Shown one piece after another: positions 1 through 6,709 of a stretch of 24,468 nt of DNA. The stretch is from the NCBI GenBank assembly GCA_031378585.1, contig JANNEJ010000801.1:1-24468 (forward strand), read 5' to 3'. The translations under genes were made by a program, and so were the position numbers. A model generated the notes under the pieces. That model was not told where the DNA came from. It made no database searches and saw nothing but the letters and a program-made list of their open reading frames with translations. The number at the start of each line of letters is the position of its first letter. The stretch's first letter is position 1. Source of the DNA: Acidobacteriota bacterium (GTDB lineage Bacteria > Acidobacteriota > Vicinamibacteria > Vicinamibacterales > UBA2999).

Positions 1-40
1 GTCGATGGTCTTCACGCGGCCTTCACCAGCGGCTTCGAGC
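1..40 (-). repeat. Displaced duplicate of the 3' end of the actD-like gene (direct repeat of 1802-1841); may extend beyond the window edge
   Basis: 1-27 identical to 1802-1828; 37/40 identity over 1-40 vs 1802-1841. Both encode LEAAGEGRVKTID on the minus strand; mismatches (28, 31, 34) are third-codon synonymous. The same frame upstream of 40 does not resemble ActD. Confidence 0.9.
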
Positions 41-152
41 CACCCGCATCGTCCTCGTCCGCGCGTCGCCCGCGCGGTCGCGCCGGCGGTGTGCCCCGGT
101 TGGCCGTCGCGTGGGCCCGCGTCGGTCGTCGGCGGGTGCGGCTTGGCCCCGG

Positions 153-263
153 GCGCGCCAATGCGCGCGTGAATCCGCTGTGGGAAGCGGTGCCAAGGCG
201 GGAAACCCGCCAGGGGGTGGGCCAGGGTCTGATTAATGGGCGTTCTGTCACCCCAGACCCCTG
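153..263. other. Cluster of four short inverted repeats in non-coding DNA
   Basis: gcgcgc-caat-gcgcgc (153-168); ccgct-N6-agcgg (175-190); ggcggg-aaa-cccgcc (197-211); gggtctg (225-231) / cagaccc (254-260). Function unknown. Confidence 0.45.
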
Positions 264-272
264 ACGGTCCGG

Positions 273-746
273 TCACCGAGGGGTCCAGAAGAAGAGTGTC
301 ATGTTCGCGAGGTCGTCCAGAGTCATGCCCGGAACCTCTGCCAGGTCGTACTTGCCAACGTAGGCCGCGAGCATCTCCTTGCGCGCCGGGAAGTCGAGTA
401 CCTCACGAGCCTTGACCTCGAAGGCCGCATCGCCGATGCGCACCGTCGCATGGGGATTGGCTCGGACGCGCCGGCCCCAGTAGCCGCCGGGCTGGGTGGC
501 GGTGATCACGCCGTTTGGCGTACCCACGAACCAGATGTTGACCACGAACGGCGGAAAGCCGTCCGGCTCGAGTTGCATCTCCCGCGTGCCGTTCACCGTG
601 CTCCAGTCGCCCGGCGCTGCGGTCAGCGTGCCGCCGAGCCAAACACCCGGTGTGCCGTGGTATGGGGTAACGACGACGAACACGACCGCGCCGATCGCGA
701 GCACCGCGCCAAGCGCGATACCCGCCTTCCTCGCCATACCCGCCAT
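273..746 (-). CDS. Membrane-anchored hypothetical protein, probable FMN-binding split-barrel-like fold (DUF2255/nitroreductase-like)
   Basis: 157 aa; GAGAGGG 7 nt upstream of the ATG; N-terminal hydrophobic helix (IALGAVLAIGAVVFVVV); pattern VNIWFV...YW.RRVRANPHATVRIG...FEVKAREV...AYVGKY typical of split-barrel proteins. Family call by recognition only. Confidence 0.65.
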   Translation of the reverse strand: MAGMARKAGIALGAVLAIGAVVFVVVTPYHGTPGVWLGGTLTAAPGDWSTVNGTREMQLEPDGFPPFVVNIWFVGTPNGVITATQPGGYWGRRVRANPHATVRIGDAAFEVKAREVLDFPARKEMLAAYVGKYDLAEVPGMTLDDLANMTLFFWTPR

Positions 747-783
747 GGTGCTACCCTCTCGTGCGACCTGGGCCGCGTGATGT

Positions 784-996
784 CTACTTCTTCGTCGGCT
801 CGAAGCGATAGCCTAGGCAACTGATCGGCCCGTCGAGTTCGCTCAGGATGTAGCAGGTTTCGGTGACGTAATCGTGAGTGAGCGCGCTCGTTTCGGGCTT
901 GGCTCGGTGCAGCATCGCCACCGAGGCCTTGCCGCCGAGCACGTCGGCCAGCTTCCTGATGGATGCTCGTCTTGCCGACCCCGCACCGGGCTCCAA
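784..996 (-). pseudogene. Probable cupin-domain gene fragment (recognisable part about 843-960)
   Basis: ADVLGGKASVAMLHRAKPETSALTHDYVTETCYILS resembles the first cupin motif (H..vtE.YYil.G) but stops before the G.G.l strand; flanking sequence looks non-coding and there is no clear start or RBS. Confidence 0.35.
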
Positions 997-1029
997 ATGG
1001 GTCTAGGTGATGCGTTGGTGTGATGTTGA

Positions 1030-1038
1030 TGCTACGAT
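1030..1038 (+). promoter_or_regulatory. Extended -10 promoter (TGcTACGAT) for a probably leaderless vapBC transcript
   Basis: TG-n-TACGAT ends 6 nt before the vapB ATG (1045); no Shine-Dalgarno; GATG(C/T) repeats at 1009-1040 are a possible RHH operator. Confidence 0.5.
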
Positions 1039-1044
1039 GCTCCC

Positions 1045-1290
1045 ATGCGCACCACCGTCAATCTCGATGAGGATGCCTTGATCGCGGCGCGCCAGGTGGC
1101 CCAGCGAGAGCGGATCTCGCTAGGCCAAGCCGTATCCGAGCTCGTTCGCCGTGGGGCAACGGCTGGCGACCTGTCAGCTGCCGCCCGGCCGCGCGCACAG
1201 CTGAGGGGTCGGTTTGCGCTGCTGCCCGCGCGCGGCGAGGTGGTCACGACTGCGCACGTGCGCGAGTTGATGGAGCGCGAAGGCATCTGA
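1045..1290 (+). CDS. vapB: Type II antitoxin, VapB/ribbon-helix-helix family
   Basis: 81 aa, MRTTVNLDEDALIAARQVAQRERISLGQAVSELVRRG RHH signature; 2 bp upstream of a PIN-domain gene. Confidence 0.85.
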   Translation: MRTTVNLDEDALIAARQVAQRERISLGQAVSELVRRGATAGDLSAAARPRAQLRGRFALLPARGEVVTTAHVRELMEREGI

Positions 1291-1292
1291 GC

Positions 1293-1901
1293 ATGCGTGC
1301 GCTGCTCGATGTCAACGTCTGGGTCGCCCTCTTCGACGATGCCCATCAGTTCTCGGCGCGGGCCAATACCTTCATCGACGCCCGCGACACCAAGATCGCC
1401 AGTTGCCCGATGGTGGAGAACGCCGTGATCCGGGTGATGAGCCTGCCTTCCTACGGCCGCGCCGGCGGGCTGCCGATGCAACGGGTCCGCGCACGCCTCA
1501 GCGAAGCCTGCGGCGCGCTCGACCACCAGTTCTGGCCCGATGACATCACCCTGCGCGACGACGCCCGCGTCGACTTCTCGCGGGTCCAGGGCCACAACCA
1601 GATCACCGACCTGTACTTGCTCGCGCTGGCTGTGCACCATGGCGGACGGCTCGTCACGTTCGACCAGGCGATCTCGCTGCGCAGCGTGCGGGGCGCCACG
1701 CCGCGTCACCAGCCTCTTCTCGGACGTCGAAGGCACCTGTCGCGCCCGGAGTGCCGCTACGCGCTGGCTCGCCGACCAGTGTGCTCGGACGATCGCGATC
1801 AGTCGATGGTCTTCACGCGGCCTTCACCGGCCGCCTCGAGCGCCGTGGTCATGCCGGCCGTCAACCCGTCGGCCGGCCGCTGCACGCCGACCAGGATGTA
1901 G
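1293..1901 (+). CDS. vapC: Type II toxin, VapC PIN-domain ribonuclease with an atypical ~59-aa read-through tail
   Basis: LLDVNVW (Asp), MVENA (Glu), QITDLYLLALA (Asp), LVTFD (Asp) acidic tetrad; PIN domain ends near residue 143; the ORF continues to 1901, overlapping the convergent actD-like gene by 103 bp. Confidence 0.85.
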   Translation: MRALLDVNVWVALFDDAHQFSARANTFIDARDTKIASCPMVENAVIRVMSLPSYGRAGGLPMQRVRARLSEACGALDHQFWPDDITLRDDARVDFSRVQGHNQITDLYLLALAVHHGGRLVTFDQAISLRSVRGATPRHQPLLGRRRHLSRPECRYALARRPVCSDDRDQSMVFTRPSPAASSAVVMPAVNPSAGRCTPTRM

Positions 1902-2305
1902 CCGTCTGACACTTCCGGGTCGTAGAGCGGCGGCAGACGACGTGGCAACTTGGCGCTCACAAACAGCGTCAGCACCGTGGCCAGAATCGCGCCGAGCATC
2001 GTCATCTCGAACATCACGATCAGGTTCGGCCACGGCGCCACGATCGGCATGCCGCTGGTCTTGAGCGGCCACGATTGCTGCGTGAGGGTCGTCAACAAGT
2101 AGGCGCCGGTCAGTCCGATCACACCGCCCAGGCCTGCGATCCAGTGCATCCAGGTGGCGCTGTCCTTGTGGCTGAATTCGTACTCTTCGAATGGCTCCGA
2201 CGACATCACCTGGATGTCGGCGTTGGCCACGCCGGCCGCGCGCAGGCCGTGGACAGCCCGCTGCGCGGTCTCCGGGCTGTTGTAGAGGCCGTAGATCGCG
2301 GTCAT
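1799..2305 (-). CDS. ActD-like (DUF3341) two-TM membrane subunit of the second ACIII-like module
   Basis: 168 aa from ATG 2305 (ATGA overlap with the NrfD stop); IYGLYNSPE..., MSSEPFEE, two TM helices with MFEMTMLGAILATVLTLF, LYDPEVSDG. The longer track ORF (to 3595) is a shadow of the NrfD gene. Confidence 0.85.
   Translation of the reverse strand: MTAIYGLYNSPETAQRAVHGLRAAGVANADIQVMSSEPFEEYEFSHKDSATWMHWIAGLGGVIGLTGAYLLTTLTQQSWPLKTSGMPIVAPWPNLIVMFEMTMLGAILATVLTLFVSAKLPRRLPPLYDPEVSDGYILVGVQRPADGLTAGMTTALEAAGEGRVKTID
1802..1841 (-). repeat. Second copy of the 40-bp direct repeat (current 3' end of the actD-like gene)
   Basis: 37/40 identity with positions 1-40. Confidence 0.9.
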
Positions 2306-3660
2306 GGACGCGCCCTCCACAGGCCTTGCGCTTCCTCTTCGTCGTCCACGGGCACGGCCGGGTGCGGCTGGTTGCCCACCTTCATCTCCCAGATCGAGAT
2401 GATCGGCACGAACTTCGAGAACAGCATGTAGAGCAGCGCCATGGCCGCGAAGGTGGCGACCATGATGATGATCTCCGGGGTCTGCGGGCCGTAGGTGCCC
2501 CAGCTGTAGGGCAGCTGCTTGGTCGACAGCCCAGGCACGATGATGAGGAAGCGCTCGAGCCACATCCCCACGACTACACCGCACGAGACCATCACGATGC
2601 TGGGCAGCGTCCGCAGCCGACGGAACGACAGGATGCTGACCGGAATGATGAAGTTGCAGAACACCATGGTCCAGTAGAACGGCGCGAACGCGCCGCGCTG
2701 CGTGGCCCAGAACACCGCCATCTCGGACGGCTCGTTGCCGTACCACACGGTCAGCCGCTCCGAGAATACGAAGTAGCCCCACAGCAGGCTCATGAGCAGC
2801 AGCAGCTTGGCGAGGTTGTCGAAATGCAGCGGATGCAGATAGGCATGCAGTCGCAGCGTGCGCCGCAGCACGGCCATGGCGATGATGAGCGCGGCAATGC
2901 CGCTGAAGATCGCGCCGGCCACGAAGTAGGGCCCGAAGATCGTCGAATGCCACATCGGCACATGGGCCATCGAGAAGTCGAACGACACGATGGTGTGCAC
3001 CGACACCGCCACCGGGATGATGGCCACGGCCATGATCTGCATCGCCGTTTCGAGGCGGTGCCACTGCATGGTGGTGCCCTGCCAGCCCAGCGCCAACGCG
3101 CCGTAGATGCGCTGGCGCAGTCCGGTGGTGCGGTCGCGGATCAACGCGAAGTCGGGAATCATCGGCAGCAGCAGGAAGAGCAGGCTGCCGATCAGATAGG
3201 TGTTGATGGCGAAGAAGTCCCACACGAGCGGCGAGCGGAAGTTGGGCCACAGTTCGCGCGAGCTCGGGTAGGGCGCGACCCAGAAGAACAGCCACGGCTT
3301 GCCCAGGTGGACTATCGGGAAGATCGCGCCAATCATCAGCGCAAACGCGGTGATGACCTCGGCGCAGCGGGTGACCGGACGGCGCCAGCGCGCGTTGACC
3401 AGACGCAGGATCGCGGAGATCAACGTACCGGCGTGGCTGATGCCGATCCAGAACACGAAGTTGGTTTCGTAGAAGCCCCAGAACACTGGCCAGTTCACGC
3501 CGGCCACGCCCATTCCGTACCAGAGCTGATAGGCCCATGCGGCCGCGCCGCACAGCACGATCGAGGCAAGGATCAGCCCCACGCCGTAGAACCACACCGT
3601 GGTGTGGAGCAACGGCCGCACCAGGTCGTCGGCGAGCGGGTTATTGCGTGTCCGGTTCAT
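2302..3660 (-). CDS. NrfD/PsrC-family quinone-interacting membrane subunit, ActC-like (second module)
   Basis: 452 aa, polytopic; FWIGISHAGTLISAIL, RSPLVWDFFA, SVHTIVSFDF, WHSTIFGPYFVAGAIFSG, GMWLERFLII are ActC motifs. Confidence 0.92.
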   Translation of the reverse strand: MNRTRNNPLADDLVRPLLHTTVWFYGVGLILASIVLCGAAAWAYQLWYGMGVAGVNWPVFWGFYETNFVFWIGISHAGTLISAILRLVNARWRRPVTRCAEVITAFALMIGAIFPIVHLGKPWLFFWVAPYPSSRELWPNFRSPLVWDFFAINTYLIGSLLFLLLPMIPDFALIRDRTTGLRQRIYGALALGWQGTTMQWHRLETAMQIMAVAIIPVAVSVHTIVSFDFSMAHVPMWHSTIFGPYFVAGAIFSGIAALIIAMAVLRRTLRLHAYLHPLHFDNLAKLLLLMSLLWGYFVFSERLTVWYGNEPSEMAVFWATQRGAFAPFYWTMVFCNFIIPVSILSFRRLRTLPSIVMVSCGVVVGMWLERFLIIVPGLSTKQLPYSWGTYGPQTPEIIIMVATFAAMALLYMLFSKFVPIISIWEMKVGNQPHPAVPVDDEEEAQGLWRARP

Positions 3661-4348
3661 TCCACGACTGCCGTTGCAGGTACGTAACCTTCGGTTCGGT
3701 GCCCAGGTCTTCGAGCAGCTTGGTGCCCCGGGGCGAGTGAGTGAGCCGCGCCACGCGGCTCTCGTGATCGTTCAAGTCGCCGAAGATGATGGCGCCGGCC
3801 GGGCACGACTGCGCGCACGCCGGCTGCACGTCGGCCTCGGTCACTGATCGGTCCTCGGCCTTCGCCGTGGACTTACCCGACTTGATCCGCTGCACACAGA
3901 ACGTGCACTTCTCCATCACGCCCACTTCGCGCACCGACACATCGGGGTTCAACTGCAACTGCAGGGGCTTTTCCCACTGCGGGTTGAAGAAGTTGAAGAA
4001 GCGGACGTTGTAGGAACAGGCGTTGGCGCAGTAGCGCGTGCCGATGCAGCGGTTGTAGACCTGGGCATTCAGCCCTTCGTCGGTCTGATGGCTGGCATAA
4101 GTCGGGCACACGGCTTCGCACGGCGCGTTGTCGCAGTGCTGGCACATGACCGGCTTGAACTTCACTTTCACGTCTGGGAAGTCGCCCTCCCAGTAGCGTT
4201 CGACGCGCAGCCAGTGCATGGCGCGGCCGCGCGCCGCTTCGGTGGCGCCTGACGTCGGGATGTTGTTCTCGGCGTGGCAGGCGGTCACGCAGGCTTCGCA
4301 GCCCGTGCACTTGTCCAGATCCACGACCATGCCCCAGCGATGCGCCAT
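3641..4348 (-). CDS. 4Fe-4S dicluster-domain electron-transfer subunit (ActB2/QrcC/PsrB-like)
   Basis: 235 aa from ATG 4348 with a GAGGA RBS; CTGCEACVTAC, CQHCDNAPCEAVC, CIGTRYCANAC (one Cys replaced by Thr, 3Fe-4S type as in ActB), EKCTFC...PACAQSCP. Confidence 0.92.
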   Translation of the reverse strand: MAHRWGMVVDLDKCTGCEACVTACHAENNIPTSGATEAARGRAMHWLRVERYWEGDFPDVKVKFKPVMCQHCDNAPCEAVCPTYASHQTDEGLNAQVYNRCIGTRYCANACSYNVRFFNFFNPQWEKPLQLQLNPDVSVREVGVMEKCTFCVQRIKSGKSTAKAEDRSVTEADVQPACAQSCPAGAIIFGDLNDHESRVARLTHSPRGTKLLEDLGTEPKVTYLQRQSWNEPDTQ

Positions 4349-4350
4349 CA

Positions 4351-4512
4351 GTGGCCGGTCCTCTCGAGGTTCGTGGTGAATTCCGACGCGCGGCGCCCGA
4401 GCGCCAAGGCGCGACGAGCGAGAATACCAAGCCTGTATTTGAGCGAGGAGCAACGCCGGCGGTCGGGATGCCCCGCGAGGAAGTCGCCGCGAAGATCGGG
4501 AGGACCGGCCAC
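4351..4512. repeat. 162-bp palindromic intergenic element (MITE/REP-like) with 13-bp perfect terminal inverted repeats
   Basis: gtggccggtcctc (4351-4363) is the exact reverse complement of gaggaccggccac (4500-4512); 4370-4384 vs 4479-4493 pair at 12/15; inner ccgac-N3-cggcg / cgccg-N3-gtcgg (4383-4395 / 4454-4466); central aatac-N7-gtatt hairpin. Confidence 0.75.
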
Positions 4513-6693
4513 CTAGCCCCGTCCTTTGGTGTGGTCGGGCCGCTCGCGCGTGGCACCGGCAAACAGAATCAGGCTGCCGTCCGCGTCGGCCACCTTCGCG
4601 ATCTTCACGCGCGTGGCTGCCCAGGCGAGCTGCCCCGACGCGGCCTCCGCGACGGGCGCCAGAATGGCGAGCGGATTGGACCCGCGACCGCTGGCGTAGC
4701 GCGTGAACGTGCCGTGTCCCTGTCCGGCCGGCATCGCCACCGCACCTGGACCGATGCCTGGAGAGATCACCGCCGGCGCACGCACCGACCCGTACGCCGA
4801 GGCGATTTCGACGATGTCGCCGTCTGCGATGCCAAGCTCCTGGGCCGCGCGTCCGTTGATCTCGACCCAGCTGCTCCACATGGCCGTCGTCAGCGGATCG
4901 GGCAGCTCCTGCAGCCACGGCAGATGGGCCAGCGAGCCGTCGAGCAATGCCTGCGAGGCGAACGGGAAGAACTGAAACGGGTATTCGCTCGGGTTGCCGT
5001 CGAACTCTGGAGCCCGCCATGCCGTGGGTGCCGGCACGGCAGCCGCTCGACCAGGCGCGCCCAGCGCGGCAGCGAGGGGCGACGGCTCGGGCGCGAGCGG
5101 CGTCTGCAGCATCTCTTCGAAAGTCTGCCACGGCATCGCCGGGCTGAGCGGCTGCTTCAAGCGGCGGCCGGCATCCAGCAGCACGTCAGGCATGGACCGC
5201 GTGTCGTAGAGCGGACGCATGGCGGGCGGCGCAACGGTGGCGACATGCGCTGTCGCGCCTGATTCCGGCGCCGAGTCGACCCACGATTCCAGGAACGAGT
5301 GGTCGGGCAGGATCAGGTCGGCCAACACGCTCGTGTCGTCGATGAACGATCCGAAGCTGGCAATGAACGGCACCTGTCGCAGCCACTCGCCGGCCTTCCA
5401 CGCGGATGGCGCTGCAAACACCGGGTTCGCCTCGTCGAGCAGCAACAACTGCGGGGGGGCCGCGGCAAGAGCGTCGCGCAGTGAGCGTGGCGCGCGCGCG
5501 GGGGCCGCCGTCTGCGGCATGAACGACATGCCGCCTTCGGCGCCCACGCTGCCCACGAGCGCGTTCAGGGCGTTGACCGCCAGTGCCTGCGCGAGTCCGT
5601 TGGTGTGCGCCAGCGGAGCGCCGCCAATCACCGCCACGGCAGGGCCGTACTCCGCGAACTCCCGCGCCAGCCGCTCGATGCGCGCGACCGGCACGCCCGT
5701 CTCTTTGGCTGCGGCGTCGGGTGTGAACGCCGGAAGACCCGCCGACCAGCCGTCAACGAGCGCACCGGCACGGCCAGCGGCATCGCCAGGCCTGAGGCCG
5801 GCCTTCATGATGACGTGCGCCAGACCAAGCGCCAGCGCGCCTTCGGTGCCCGGCCGTACGGCCAGCCACTCGTCGGCGCTCGCGCCGGTCTGCGACATGC
5901 GCGGCTCGACCTGCACGAACTTCGGCCGCACGCCCCCACGGCCCTGACGCATCGCGCCATACGCTACGCTGTGGGCCAGGGGCGAGTTCCAGGTGCCCAG
6001 GAAGTCGGCGCCGAAGTTGACGAGATACCGCGTGCGCGCCAGATCAAAGGTCGGCAACTGGTGGCGGCCGAAGCTCAACTCGTTGGCATGACGCAGAACC
6101 GCGTCGTCGAAGATCTCGAACGTGAGGGGCGCAGGCGCGCCGAGCCGCCGCAGGAACTCCGACACGAGTTCGTGCCGGCGTCCACGGCGGGGTCGCGACA
6201 GGAACGCGATCTGCGCGGGACCCGCCGCAACCGCGGCGTCGAGACGCTCAACCAGCATCGCCAGCGCCTCGTCCCACGAGATCTCGGTGAACTGACCGCT
6301 GCCGCGCTCGCCGGTGCGTCGCTGCGGTGCCACGAGCCGGTCGGGGTGATAGGTGACCTGCACGCCAGCCTGGCCGCGCACGCACAGCCGGCCTTGGCTG
6401 ATTGGATGCGCCGCATCGCCTTCGAGCTTCCGCACGAGGCCCATGCGCGTCACGCCGGGCTGGCCCTTGCGGAACACCTCCGCATCGCCGTCCATGACCC
6501 GGGCCGACACGCCGCAGCCTGCCGCGCAGAGCGGACACACGCTGGGCTTCCACACGGCAATGCCCGGCAGGATTTCCTCGTCAGGAATGAACCGGACGAT
6601 CTGATTCTCGGGATTGCCACAACTGGCCAGCGCCGCGGTCGTGCCGGTGATGGCGGTGACCTTGATAAACCGCCGGCGGTCCATGGTGTTCAT
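4513..6693 (-). CDS. Molybdopterin-oxidoreductase-family subunit (ActB1/QrcB-like), Tat lipoprotein with N-terminal FS0 motif
   Basis: 726 aa; MDRRRFIK Tat motif and LASC lipobox; C53-x2-C56-x3-C60-x43-C104; VEPRMSQTGASADEWLAVRPGTEGALALG; C-terminal LPWLQELPDP...WVEIN...LGIADGDIVEI domain typical of the ActB/QrcB branch. Start could be 6684. Confidence 0.9.
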   Translation of the reverse strand: MNTMDRRRFIKVTAITGTTAALASCGNPENQIVRFIPDEEILPGIAVWKPSVCPLCAAGCGVSARVMDGDAEVFRKGQPGVTRMGLVRKLEGDAAHPISQGRLCVRGQAGVQVTYHPDRLVAPQRRTGERGSGQFTEISWDEALAMLVERLDAAVAAGPAQIAFLSRPRRGRRHELVSEFLRRLGAPAPLTFEIFDDAVLRHANELSFGRHQLPTFDLARTRYLVNFGADFLGTWNSPLAHSVAYGAMRQGRGGVRPKFVQVEPRMSQTGASADEWLAVRPGTEGALALGLAHVIMKAGLRPGDAAGRAGALVDGWSAGLPAFTPDAAAKETGVPVARIERLAREFAEYGPAVAVIGGAPLAHTNGLAQALAVNALNALVGSVGAEGGMSFMPQTAAPARAPRSLRDALAAAPPQLLLLDEANPVFAAPSAWKAGEWLRQVPFIASFGSFIDDTSVLADLILPDHSFLESWVDSAPESGATAHVATVAPPAMRPLYDTRSMPDVLLDAGRRLKQPLSPAMPWQTFEEMLQTPLAPEPSPLAAALGAPGRAAAVPAPTAWRAPEFDGNPSEYPFQFFPFASQALLDGSLAHLPWLQELPDPLTTAMWSSWVEINGRAAQELGIADGDIVEIASAYGSVRAPAVISPGIGPGAVAMPAGQGHGTFTRYASGRGSNPLAILAPVAEAASGQLAWAATRVKIAKVADADGSLILFAGATRERPDHTKGRG

Positions 6694-6709
6694 TTCGGGG
6701 TGGCCTGGC

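Noticed and set aside
12-251. 79-aa minus-strand ORF
   Set aside because: Low-complexity Arg/Pro-rich translation across hairpins and the repeat; no RBS or motif.
150-265. Cobalamin or SAM riboswitch resemblance (gggaagcggtgccaa)
   Set aside because: Only a short word matches; the other conserved elements are absent and no suitable downstream gene is in that orientation.
812-1007. CTAGG at both sides of the cupin fragment as a possible target-site duplication
   Set aside because: Only 5 bp, no inverted repeats or transposase; may be chance.
2306-3595. 598-aa ORF implying a long ActD-like protein
   Set aside because: The extension overlaps the NrfD gene out of frame; ATG 2305 gives an ATGA overlap and a normal ActD length.
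4349-5131. N-terminal extension of the FeS ORF, suggesting a frameshifted B1-B2 fusion like ActB
   Set aside because: The would-be linker is Arg/Ser-rich and not protein-like, B1 ends with a complete last domain and stop, and B2 has its own RBS and ATG; stand-alone B1 and B2 genes are known.
4513-6693. Calling B1 a nitrate, formate, DMSO or polysulfide reductase catalytic subunit
   Set aside because: No Cys/Sec/Ser at the expected ligand position; LPWLQELPDP and context place it with ActB/QrcB; substrate cannot be assigned.
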